Assembly (NCBI GenBank): GCA_036172245.1
Contig: JAYWIR010000003.1
Location: 1,054,001-1,118,000, forward strand
Direction: 5' to 3'
Length of the DNA stretch: 64,000 nt
Source: Raillietiella orientalis
Taxonomy: Eukaryota
The notes beneath the pieces are model-generated. The model did not search any database. It was given only the letters and a program-made list of their open reading frames with translations, and was not told where the DNA came from. Position numbers and translations under genes: made by a program. Shown one piece after another: positions 49,604-61,249 of this stretch; positions within the stretch are counted from its first letter, which is position 1, and each line of letters begins with the position of its first letter.

Positions 49604-49957
49604 ATGAACACGGTTACCACGGTGGAGTTCCTGAATGCCTTGATGGAAGTACTGGAATATCCTGAGAACAGACGACGTTTCTCTTCTTATGAGTTTCAAA
49701 ACTTCTGGCGTAAAGGCCACTTAGATCATCCAGTGGACATGATATCTGGAATGACAAGAAGAATGCTGTCCAGGCTTGATTCTGCTGGAATCTTCCAGGC
49801 GCGGCAAATCTTCCAAATTTATGTACGAAGCGAACGAAACATGGAACGGTTCGTCCAACAACTCTGTGCACTAATTGCAGATCGCGAGTACAGATACCTA
49901 GCAAACGCAAAAATCATATACCTTTCAATGCTATTGTACGAACTGTGGAGGGCTTGA
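49604..49957 (+). CDS. Divergent barrier-to-autointegration factor (BAF)-like protein, copy A (117 aa, intronless)
   Basis: SYEFQNFWRKGHLDHPVDMISGMTRRMLSRLDSAGIFQARQIFQIYVRSERNMERFVQQL aligns without gaps to human BANF1 [60 protein letters not shown] (recalled from memory). Intact ORF with AATAAA at 49996-50001. Confidence 0.72.
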   Translation: MNTVTTVEFLNALMEVLEYPENRRRFSSYEFQNFWRKGHLDHPVDMISGMTRRMLSRLDSAGIFQARQIFQIYVRSERNMERFVQQLCALIADREYRYLANAKIIYLSMLLYELWRA

Positions 49958-51646
49958 CGGTGCTGGCTGCAAGAACGGGTAATCACAGAGAGTAAAATAA
50001 ATTTTTGGTCAAAGGAAGCGTCCACACCAGAAGGTGAAGTGAAGGTGAGCAGCAGCTTCGAGTAAAGACCGGCGGAATGTATTCGCTTGTCTTCTGCGTA
50101 TGCCGCTGCGTCTATTTCCAGGGGAGCAGCACCGCCGATACGCGCAACAGCGACGGCGATTGCAGCGTCCGTTGTGGCAGCAGCTTCGCGTACCCTTGGA
50201 GGAAAGACAGCATCTGCTGAACAAGACATTGTGCACAGGGGCATCTAAGCACATCTGAGTTCTCAGCAAGAACGTGCGACACCAAACACCGCCAGGACCA
50301 CCACTTGGATGCGCACACTCCTACAAAGGGAGCCGCGCGTAGAGGTCTCCCTGCCCAAGGGAACATTCCCCCTGGCTGGGCAACTCGAAGGCGTCCCGGA
50401 GTTGAGAGAGGGTGGGAAAACGCCTTCGCTGTAGGAGGCGACCCCGCTGGACGATGCATTCGGGTCAGGTTCCAGCACCGCTTGCAACGATCGCCTGCCG
50501 TCCACCTCTAGGTTAGTGGGCATGGATTTCCTCCGAGAACCGGGCACGACGATCCAACTGCTGCAGCCTCCTTCGTCAAGCGAGCAACCAGAACATGCTC
50601 TACTTACTGAACGACGTCGAAGAAGCGGCTGCAGCAGACCTCGGTTGGCGTTTCCGCAGGCACCGGCCATGCTTTCGGTTTCCCCCTTGCCACACGTCAG
50701 CCCAATGTGTTGAGTCAGGCGCATAGGGAGCGGCGGGAATCGGAAAAGAAACGGAACCATCACCTCACCAACTAGAAGTTCGTTCTGTCGAGCGATCGTC
50801 AAGCAACGGCGGCTTACTCTAAGCGCAAAAGGGACAACTTCCTCACGCAGAGAGGGAAGCGATTGCGGTGTCGTCAGGTGTGGCTTGAGAGGAAGAAGTT
50901 GGACATCGCCTGAAGCATTCTCTTCCGTGTCGGCACCCTCTAAGACCACTCAGTGATTTCGGCAGGATATCCGACAGTCGATCGCTTCATTCACGAAATG
51001 CAAGCGGCAGTGGGAGGTGCAGCTCTTGAGCTGAGCGTTCTTTACGGTTCGGAACGTCTCGGCGCCGCAGGCGTGTGCGCAGACGGTGCACCTTCGTACT
51101 GCTCGACTCGTTGCTTGTGTTTGGGAGCCCGCGGAGATTGGATGCAGTTCGCCTGCTCCGCCAAAGACATGCTGCCACCCACGTTTGCGTAAGTCCAAGG
51201 CATAGTTTGGGCCTCGCGTTTGGCTGCGTTTCCTCGAACCGTCTGCCTTCAAGGAGCGTAACTAAGCAGCGTGCGTTTCTTCACGGCAGATCTGAAGGAA
51301 GACGGCGTTTGTGCATCCTCCAGTCCCGCGCTCGTCCGCTCCGGGACTGCACGCGGAAGCTGCACTCGTTCCGGACCAGTGCGAAGCTTCGCAGTGCATC
51401 GCAGTCGGAGATGACGAAGTTCCTCTCCACCTGGACCGGAGACGCGAATCCGCTGAGACACAGCGTTCGCACTGATGACGTGGTGATTTCTTTTTATCGT
51501 GTCCGAGGGGTCCCGTGGACACCCGAATGTCTGTGGAACATGATGCTTACCCTTGGTGCGCAAGGGTGTAGAGACGCGACCGTTTGGAAGGTGGTGCCCT
51601 GATTGCGGTTGCGGTGGGAGACCCAAGAAGTGCAGCGACATTGGAT

Positions 51647-52338
51647 GGATGATCCTGCAGTCCGGGGAGGTGCCATGCCCATCCGGAGAAGTGAAGGCGC
51701 CGGGCTGCAGCGTTTCCAACAGGACCATCGCGCCACTGCTCCACCATCTTTGACGGTCTCCACGGAGTGGGCAACTCTCGGGATCAGGATTTGCATCAAT
51801 GGTCGGCCTATCCAAAAGGTGGTCCGCTCCCACTCTAGTGAACGGACGCTCCGCTCTCGCACGTTGCGTGCATTTCATTCAAGAGAGATCGCGCAGGCAA
51901 CCGTGGCTGGCTTCCCGCAGCTTCCGCTTTCGATCGATCCAGCTGCGTACTCTGCGAGTGCAGCTCACCCTCTTTTCGCCAGCAGTTGCGTTTCTTCTTC
52001 AAGGCAAGCCGGATGAGTGCGCACCCTCCGGAGATCACTTTCGAACTCCACGAGGCTCGTGGAGAACGACCGAAGCGAGAGGAGTGCATTCTGAGAGTGA
52101 GTGCGTGCCTCGTCCCTGGAGTGGCGCACCTCTTCTGCACGAAGCAAACGGAAGTGTTCCTCGCGGCAGCTGCTTTTCCCGCAGCGTGAACCCCGTGTCT
52201 CGTTGCTGAGGTCTTTCCATGCGCTCGCTGTTCGTCCGGAAAGAGCCGCTGCAACGCCCAGAACGCGTTCTCCGAGGTCGCGTGAGTCCGTGCGTGACCA
52301 CAGCTCGTGCCTTGCACCTCGCGGAAACCGCGCAGCAG
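51647..52338. repeat. Left arm of a 692-bp inverted repeat
   Basis: Reverse complement of 54473-55164 (position x maps to 106811-x). Mirrored ORF translations are identical, and spot-checked nucleotides are identical. Confidence 0.95.
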
Positions 52339-52449
52339 GGTGCAGTGCTGTCAGAATGCTTCACTGTGAAACGACGCTTCGTGGGCAGCCAGGTTCACCT
52401 GTTGTTTTTTTTTCTTGGCGCAGCCGGAATCGCTAATGTGGGTGATTTG

Positions 52450-53580
52450 TGTATGCGCCAGCATGTGTTGCGCTGCGTTCTAGCGGAAGGACTCTTACGG
52501 TCGCGGCGTTTGCCAGCTGTCTCATGGGCCATCCGTTTAACATCTCTGTTTTACTGCGATCTAGCAGGAGACTTGCCGACAAGGCCTCTGGATGCTGCCA
52601 AGTGCCCTCCCCAGGGAAGGCATCGCCGTAGATTGGGGGGTCATTGCCGCCCACGTACTCCTGGTTGGACACTCCAGGACCTTCGCTTACGCGTCAACTG
52701 TTTCTTCTAGCCACGCGCTAGAATTGGCAGGGCCACGCACCATCCAAGTGTATTCCTTCGCCAGTGTGGCTATTCGTTCGATAAGGAGGCCGCATCTCAC
52801 GATCTTCCGGCCGGGGCACAAACGTCGAGACGCAAACCCTTTTGGTCCGCATATACGGCGAGTAGGAGGCGCAGCGGAACGCATCAACGGGTGTACTTCG
52901 CTGCGATGGCGATGGTTCGCTATCGCAACTGAATCTCCATCCGCTCTAGCGTCAGGAGGCGAAGACCGACGTCCCAACGCGGAGCACACAAGTCCATCAG
53001 AATAACTCGGGACCTTCCGTTGCCCCACAGGGCGATGCGCAGGAAGTCCTTAGTCCATTCATTTGAACTCGGAGTGGACGGAAGAAATAAAAAGCAGGAG
53101 ACGGAGGATGGGCGTCGCGAACGTGTTCCACACAGCGGCTCAATGCTGCCAGGGAAACCTGTCTCTCAGGAACGGGCTGATCCCTGCTCCACTTTTTGGA
53201 GATGACCTGACCAGGCTTCTGTCAGACAGAAGTCCTTCGACGGAACGGAGAGGTACTTCATGTACCTAGCTGTGGGGATCCCCAGGAGGATCCAATCAGG
53301 GCGCCCAGCCCACGTCGCACCAACTGGCACAACCGAAGACTTGGTGCTGCTCACCCGAAGTCCTGTTCCGATGCTCAACATCGCGAAGAAATGTTCCAGA
53401 GCTGAGACCGAGGCGGACATGGGGAGCAGGAGCAGATCATCGGCATAAGCGGACACGGCAGGCGTGCCGTGGCAGAGTTCGGCAGGGTGGCCAAAGTCTC
53501 TCTGTATGCTCTCAGCACCAACGCGAAGTAGGTGCTAAAAAGCAGGGACTCAGGCTATCGCCCTGCCTCATCCTGCGGCA
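52450..53580 (-). mobile_element. Tx1/L1-like reverse transcriptase fragment
   Basis: MRQGDSLSP (~53572-53546), then VSAYADDLLLL...GTGLRVSSTKS...MKYL (53456-53166), the canonical non-LTR RT motifs. Frameshifted. Confidence 0.78.
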
Positions 53581-54472
53581 CACCTGCACGCCGTACACGT
53601 GTGGTCCCCTAAAAAAGAGCTTCCTCAGAGGCTAGCAGCGCAGCAACGCGGGGTGAAGCGCAGCGCTGCGCGCATCCTCGTATCCCACGCGGAACTTTGC
53701 GTGGGCGGTCAGCGTTGGTGCGATGATCCGATGCATCAAGGAATATCAAACTCAGATAATTGATGGATCGACTTTTAAGGAGATGTTGACGTTTCGCGAA
53801 CAGCTGCCTCTGCGCAGCTGCTCCTCCTTCCCGCTGCATGGTCCCCGGCACGTCGGTCGCCCGCAGCTCTCTTCGCGGCTGCGTGCGTCGCCCGGGCACA
53901 CGGAGAGCTCGCGCGCCATTCAACGGTGCGACTGCTGACTAAAATCGCAAAACGACGAGAAGGTTCGAAGGTCCGCATGGATTGACGCGCAAATGGATTC
54001 GAACGCCCAGCGAGAGCAGCTGACAGTCTTTCAGGTGCATCTCGTTAACAGTGACGTCATTCCAGTGGGTCTGTTCCTTTGGGTCTGTGTACAGAAACTG
54101 CAACTACGCCTCATGAGTTCGTCTGACCTTCCGCCTCTTGATCTTGCGCAAGCGTCTCACAAATCCTGCTCCATTTCTGCCTCTCCTCCAGCTGCACGAA
54201 TTCCCGCCAAGCATGCTGCATCCATTTTTACCTAACCTCATACACCTTCCCCTTCTGTCATCACGCAGCATCTTAACATCTGGCCATCCACCTACCATCG
54301 CTCCGGCATGGCTACGGAAGAACCAACCGACTGTCGTCCCACGGAAGCGACCCCAAGCGAATACATTCATCCAGTCAGGGGAATCGGGTCGCACATCGGG
54401 AGAAGCGCATCCCCACATCAATGAGTGCGTACACTCCGAAAGGTCGTTGCAACGCACGGCACGTCGAAGCTT

Positions 54473-55164
54473 CTGCTGCGCGGTTTCCGCGAGGTGCAAG
54501 GCACGAGCTGTGGTCACGCACGGACTCACGCGACCTCGGAGAACGCGTTCTGGGCGTTGCAGCGGCTCTTTCCGGACGAACAGCGAGCGCATGGAAAGAC
54601 CTCAGCAACGAGACACGGGGTTCACGCTGCGGGAAAAGCAGCTGCCGCGAGGAACACTTCCGTTTGCTTCGTGCAGAAGAGGTGCGCCACTCCAGGGACG
54701 AGGCACGCACTCACTCTCAGAATGCACTCCTCTCGCTTCGGTCGTTCTCCACGAGCCTCGTGGAGTTCGAAAGTGATCTCCGGAGGGTGCGCACTCATCC
54801 GGCTTGCCTTGAAGAAGAAACGCAACTGCTGGCGAAAAGAGGGTGAGCTGCACTCGCAGAGTACGCAGCTGGATCGATCGAAAGCGGAAGCTGCGGGAAG
54901 CCAGCCACGGTTGCCTGCGCGATCTCTCTTGAATGAAATGCACGCAACGTGCGAGAGCGGAGCGTCCGTTCACTAGAGTGGGAGCGGACCACCTTTTGGA
55001 TAGGCCGACCATTGATGCAAATCCTGATCCCGAGAGTTGCCCACTCCGTGGAGACCGTCAAAGATGGTGGAGCAGTGGCGCGATGGTCCTGTTGGAAACG
55101 CTGCAGCCCGGCGCCTTCACTTCTCCGGATGGGCATGGCACCTCCCCGGACTGCAGGATCATCC
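54473..55164. repeat. Right arm of a 692-bp inverted repeat
   Basis: Reverse complement of 51647-52338; spacer 2134 bp. Confidence 0.95.
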
Positions 55165-55691
55165 AATGTGCTCCATCATCACATCGTCGTACTTTCCCCT
55201 CGCGCGCGCAGTGAATGCACCACCGTCTTACTGGTGAATCTCTACGCGCTGTGTGGTCGAGAGTTGTTCACCATAATGGCTGGAAAACGCGTGATGAGGA
55301 GACCTAGTTGAGGTCAATGCTGCAAGCTGGTCACCATGCTAACAGGAAGGCTTACCGTACTATTTTCGAGCAAGAAGCCTCTGGCCTTCAATTGGATTTC
55401 ACGTTTGTGGCAACATTACCCTGGAGAGGGATAATAACCCGCCGTCGAGGCAATCACATCGAAAGATGGAGATCGCTTCCACGGAGGTGGACCTGAATAA
55501 TGGATAACCCAGGAAAGAAGCAAGCTCATCCGAACAGTGGTTAAAGTTCCTACTTCCTCCTCTCTCCTGTTATTTTCGCCTTGTCTCAACCGGAAATTGC
55601 TCCCCTTGACAGCGTGAGAAAATTCCATGTAAATCCAACCAGGCATTTCATCGTGAAAAGTTCTTTGCTGCCCTTGGAACTGCGCAAGATT

Positions 55692-55886
55692 TTGTTCCCG
55701 GAAGTCGTCACTTCTCGATATCTCTTGAACATCGTACTATACGTAGTAAAATATCCACAAAACCGGAAAGATTCCCTTTCACGAAAGTTCTGCAGATTCT
55801 ACGCACGCAATGACTTTGCAGATGACTCGAAAACACCTGTAAGATTCCTAATTTTTCCGGGGCAAACTCCAGAAACTTCTCATTGA
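55692..55886 (+). pseudogene. BAF-like paralog copy D (ATG lost, truncated)
   Basis: (L)FPEVVTSRYLLNIVLYVVKYPQNRKDSLSRKFCRFYARNDFADDSKT matches the N-terminal half of 56958-57359 (FYARND shared), then homology stops. Confidence 0.7.
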
Positions 55887-56957
55887 GAAGAATCTATTTG
55901 GACACGGAGGCGGTGGAACGCGCGTCAGCCAATTGAACGCGCCGTCCAGCACCCCCCCAACTGTACCCTGTTCCCCGCAACTCCGCTCGCAGGATGCCCC
56001 CCATCTTGCGGGCGCAGTGCCATTTCCGCCCCCTCTCCGCATTCGCAGGTCGGAAGTCTTTTTTCGGACCGCCACGAAATGGCGCCACCCGGGCGACATG
56101 CGGAGCAATCTCATCAGCGTCCTGGATAAGACGCAGAGGACGCCTTGCGGCGAGCGGCGATCCCTTCTTCCATTTCCTCTGCCCCCCGCCTCCCTCTGAA
56201 TGGAAGATTCTCCCTTCCTTTCTTTCGTTCCTTATCTCATGTTTTCGGTTTTCCCTTACCGCCTTCCCTGCCGGCTGGGACCGCTGCGGACCGCGTGCCG
56301 GAAAGTTGGCCATCTCCGTGCGTTACCATCTTATCGGGTGGTCCAAACACGCGCTTTTCCACAAAAACTCGAAGCGATTATTCCACGTAGCGAATGGGCC
56401 GCAGAAACCGGGCGACAAACCACGTGGACTTCCACGCCGCACGGAGCAGTTACGATGCACGACCACCCTTCCCCTGAAATGGCAGCAGTCGACGCTGCTG
56501 ATATTGCACCGGGGTCTCCCCTGCAACGCACGTCGGAATCACCGGACCAGGGATGTTGGGAGGGTACGCAGAAGTGCAGGGGGAGAATGAGTCGGCGTGA
56601 AACGCGCGACGAGGTGGCCAAGGTTCACCCCTTGTCGCAAGCACAGTGCCACCACACGAAACTATTTTTGAGAAGAAACGCCTTGGTCTGCGGAAGGGCA
56701 ATCATCTCGAAAGATATGAGACGCTTGCAAGGAAGTGGACATAAGCAATCGGTTACCCAGACAACCAGAAAGTCTCCTCGAATAGTGGAACCGCGCCCGT
56801 CCTTCTCTCTCCTCCATTTCGCCTTCCTCTCCTCCTGGGAATTGCCTTCTCCCCCCACTCACCCTCCCTTCACAGAGGCAGGAATTCGAAGCATTGAAAC
56901 ACAGCCAAGCACTTCATCGCGAAACGTTGTTCGTTGCCCTTTGAACTTGGGAAGACG

Positions 56958-57359
56958 ATGAATCGTGAATTCGTCACTTCGCCAGAGTTCGTGAAATTCC
57001 TGGCTGCAGTAATACAGGATCCGGAGAACCAGATAGAATTCCTTTCCGAAAAGTTCCGAAGTTTCTACGCACGCAATGACCTCGAAGCCGACGCGGAAAC
57101 GATACCTGGAACGCGGAGTTTTATGATGCCCATCCTTTATCATCACGGCATAAGTACTGCCGCAGATATGTTCGTCCTCTTTGCCGGAAGCCAGTACGAC
57201 ATGTTTCAATTTATCACGGAATTCTGCGAACTCCTCGGCGACGAATCTTTCGATTACATGAACAACGCACGCATGATCTTCTTTTCGATGCTGGTCATGG
57301 CTGTGAGGATGCCTCTGCACCTTATTCCTGACGTAGGCAGAGTGCCCCCGCCATTTTGA
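56958..57359 (+). CDS. Divergent BAF-like protein, copy B (133 aa, intronless)
   Basis: LSEKFRSFYARNDLEADAETIPGTRSFMMPILYHHGISTAADMFVLF..YDMFQFITEFCEL keeps the BAF pattern S.K.R.F...(I/L)(A/P)G.......L...G...A...F. Paralog of 49604-49957; intact ORF with AATAAA at 57379-57384. Confidence 0.68.
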   Translation: MNREFVTSPEFVKFLAAVIQDPENQIEFLSEKFRSFYARNDLEADAETIPGTRSFMMPILYHHGISTAADMFVLFAGSQYDMFQFITEFCELLGDESFDYMNNARMIFFSMLVMAVRMPLHLIPDVGRVPPPF

Positions 57360-58099
57360 CTCCGAACTCGGACTTTGAAATAAAGTTTCGCAGCACCGAA
57401 GTACCCGACGGGGGCGAGTCTTCCGCTCGTCACCACCCCTGCCGTCCTCTTTGTGAGCGAAGGCGGACGGCAGCTTCGAAGAACGCAAGTTCGTCTACCG
57501 GAAGGCATTCGCCTGTCTTTTGCGCTCCCAGCTCCGTCGGTTTCCAGGGAAGCAGCATCGCCGACGCGCGCACCAGCCGAGCAGATCCCGGCGTTCCCTG
57601 TGGCAGCTGCTCCGCGTTCTCAAGGCGTAAGGCACGCGCGTGCTGCACACAGCATCGTGAACGGGAAGCGTCCGAGGAGCCCTACGCTTAGCGCCGCGAC
57701 ATGGGAAACCCAAGAGCCGACAGCAGCCCCACCATTTCGATGCGCACGCGAGCACCAAAAGGAACTGCGCCGCCGAATGTCTCACCGCCCAGGGGAACAG
57801 CAACCGCAAATTTTCGTCTGGCGTGGCTCTGCAACGCGCCGGGAAGCGTCGAGAAGGTCGCAAACCTCTTTTTCTGTAAGGAGCTGACGCCGCTGTGCGG
57901 TGGATTGCCGCTAGGCACATGCACCGTTTGCAGCTATCCCCAGGGATTCTTGTCGCCACCAGCTTGGCCTCTTTTTGAAAAAAAGAAAAAGAAACGTGCG
58001 CCAGTGATGCTGAGGAGCATCCCCGCCAGTTCCGCCGTGGCTTCGGCAGACGTGAGCTGACGACTGGGACGAGCCCAAGAGATCGGTCCGCGAGTTCGA

Positions 58100-61000
58100 A
58101 TGTCCGTTCTGCTTACACGCGATTCCTCCCAACTGCAAAGGGGGCGTGGCTAGCAGAAGAGCTTCTCCGCGGGTTCTTTCGCAGCAGCTTCTTCTTCATG
58201 CACGGGTGCACCCGCCTCCTTGAGGACCTCAAGGCCTGTAGGCCGAGGAACGGGTCTGGCAGTCTGGAGCGGCTGGTCCGATGGGCAGGAAAGCTCAGCG
58301 CTGACGATCCGCATGCCTTCCCTTCGCGCACCACCCACGACGGGGTGCGTTGAACGGGCACGCAAGTGCGTGCGTTTCGCTCCTGGAACGCCAGTTTTTG
58401 TTTTGTGTGTTTCGTGCGTCCTCGTGTGCCACGAACTGAACACTATGAAGCCAACAACAGAGAGAATGGAGGTGGAAGCTGCAGCCAGCACGCAAGTCAC
58501 TGCGTCGCATGGTCTGCTCGGCTGCATGTGCGGAAGTCGCGTTCCCATCGAAACGCCGGAAGCCTGCAGCGGCGTGAAGCGCAGAAAGAAAAGGGAAGGC
58601 AGAACGCAGGGTGAGCGTGTGCAAGCGAGGAAACGAAGCATCTTGCGCGCACCGGCCACCGGCGCCGACATCACGATCGTTGCGAAGGGGATTCGGTCCG
58701 GGACGCAGGAGTGGCGCGCTGCAGCATCCAGCAGAGTCGCACACGGAGCGAAGACAGCCTGGGGCTTCACGGAAGCTGCAATACGTCCCGGGAGACTCTT
58801 CGGCACTTCCGGTGGACACTGGCCCCCTTGGACACCCTCCAGAATCATGCGCATCCATCTATCTTTCTTTATTGTTCATCCATTGTGACCTCCCCCGAGT
58901 GACGAGCACCTCCTAGAGGAAGGCACAGTTTAAAGGAATCCCGCGGATTGCACAGTTGATGAAGCCGTCTGCGACCATCGCACAATTTCGGGGAGTTTCC
59001 TGAAAAGTTGCTGCGCATCAGGGAGACTCCAGCTTGGCACATCTCGTTTGCCGACAACAAACACGCCTCACCTCGTCAGGGAAGATAATTTGTGCATACG
59101 CCATAGTGGCACTTCCTGCCCGGCGGGCAGTCCGCAATTGTGATGCAACGTTTTCGATCACGGATGGAGCCTCCTCGAAACGAGTACTTTGAATCAACCA
59201 TCATCTCCTGGTTGCCGCCCCTGAGAAAACACCAGCAGTCAGTCCACCGTTCCTCTGGCGAAAGCGAGCAGCTGTCCCTCCAGCATCCCAAAGCGGGAAA
59301 TGTCCGAGAAGCAAAAAGGCCGCCTTTCAACGCTCAGCCATCTCGTTGCGCCTCCAGGGGTTCACCGGTAGCAATCCACTCAGCAGCCCGTTCGTGAAAC
59401 CACGGTCGATACAAAGGGTGTTTCCGGATACTGCATCGTTCCGTTTGCACAAGTTGTCGGCGCGCAGTTGTCGTTCGCCCGAGGGCGTGCCGAGAAGATT
59501 CCTAGCAGTCGCAAGGGTGTTCCGGATCTCCGAGCGAGGGTGACCCCCTATTCCTACGCGAAGCCACGGCTTCCCGAGCCGTCAGCGGGGGAGCTCGCGT
59601 CCTTCCTTCTGTCCGGAGGCAGGCGACGTGCATCCAAGGAGCGCGAACGAGCAGCGAACGTCGCATGGCGCTTCACAAGGCTTTCTTCGCGAACCACGCG
59701 TGCGGGGGCGTGGCGTCGCGAACTTCATCACCACGCACGAACGCGCTTCGAAGCGCACGAAGGAAACGTCAGATGCGCAGAGGACCATCCGAGAGAGAAC
59801 GCACGCAGCACATCGGCTCGCTGGGTCGTGCCTGGCGCACGGATCGTCGTGAACGAGACGCCGTGCGCCCTGAGGGCAAGCCGTCGCATGGCGCTTCCCC
59901 CACCCTGGGGCGTGACGTCGAACGCCGATTGCGTTCGAACCGCCGCAGATGCAGAGGCGCGGCTCACCTCACGAATTCCTCGCAGTTTACCTCCATCGTC
60001 ACCAACACTGAAAGTCAGAGAAAAGGAATGAGTCGAGCTCGCGGTGTGTCGGCATGCAGGCCGACCGACACGCGCCTTCCGCGCTTCAAGCGACGGACGC
60101 GCGACAACCAGCGGTCGGCCTGCGTCGCAAAAGCGCCGCAGGGCGGTAGGAGCCCGTGCGAGACGGAAGCAGATGGCGCTAGCCTCCGGGCCGATGCAGG
60201 CGTGAATCCGGCCGGGAGGCACGCAAGTTCCTGCACCCAGCAGGAACGCGTCGTTCGCTTTTCCCGCACGTGCCGTCGCTGGTCTGGTCTGAGATGGCGC
60301 AAGCGACCGGCGCCAGTCGCGCAACCTACCGAGCACCAAGGCCGCCAACAGCAAAAGCATCGCCATCGCACACTTCGCGGACATTCTCACGCGGCCGTCC
60401 ATAAGCTGAGTGGACCTCGGACGAAGAAGAGAAAAGTGGTTCCAGAGAAAGTCGGTCGACGCAAGCAGCTCCTTGCCAAGTTCTTGCCTTCACTCGAAGA
60501 GCAGCAACCACGCCCGTCCTGCTTCTCGCTCTCCAATTTATCCGGCGTCTTCCACCTGGGACCTTTGTTCCCGGTTGTGCAGGGCGCTCGACATCCGCAC
60601 TCCAGGAAGATCATCAATCAAGTGCAGCTGGCACCCTTCTTCGTGACCCGGTCGTCAGCCGAGGGCAGTTGTCACCTGGATGGAAAGGTCGCCCACGCCA
60701 CAACGGCTCTCCGCACGGCGGCGTAGTTGCGACAACTCCATTTGCATCCGCTAATCGGCTTTTTCGTTCACTACGCGGGAAGCCTGGATGCTTTTAGTGG
60801 CTCCATCTTCCGTGCCATTGCGCAAGGCTGCAGCTGCCGGGTGCTAGCACAGCATGCTTCGATGCCAGAGCGTGTGAGAGCCCGTCCTGCCTCCTCCCGA
60901 AACGCTGGATGCGTGCACCACACCGATCGCAGCAATCGGTCCTCCACCTTCCAAACGGTCCTCGTCGTCAAAAACAGGGGTGGCAACGTCCTAGCGCGTT

Positions 61001-61140
61001 GCCGTGCCGTCCAGAGATGCCCACGCCTCCGTATCCGTTTCCGACGCCCCGCCAATCGACGCGTTCCCGTTCGTGTCGCGGCTGCAGCACGGCTCGCTTT
61101 AAACCCGCTTCGCAGGGACGTTTATTTTGTCAAACAAACT
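58100..61140 (-). mobile_element. Long degenerate Tx1/L1-like ORF2 (endonuclease, linker, RT)
   Basis: Weak motifs occur in the expected order on the minus strand: LLRSVWCTHP/ASRL (EN), GNKGPRWKTP (EN end), DSKY...PGRK (RT), WMRMIL, and LRSV..GC.SAPLL...NPL. Many frameshifts. Confidence 0.5.
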
Positions 61141-61249
61141 TAGCTACACTGCGACTGGACCAGTAGTGCAGCCACGTCCTAGAAAGTAGCAGCTCGCCGG
61201 GCTACCGGTGCGCAGACCGGCGCGGTCGACCTCGGCAGCAGAGGGGAGG

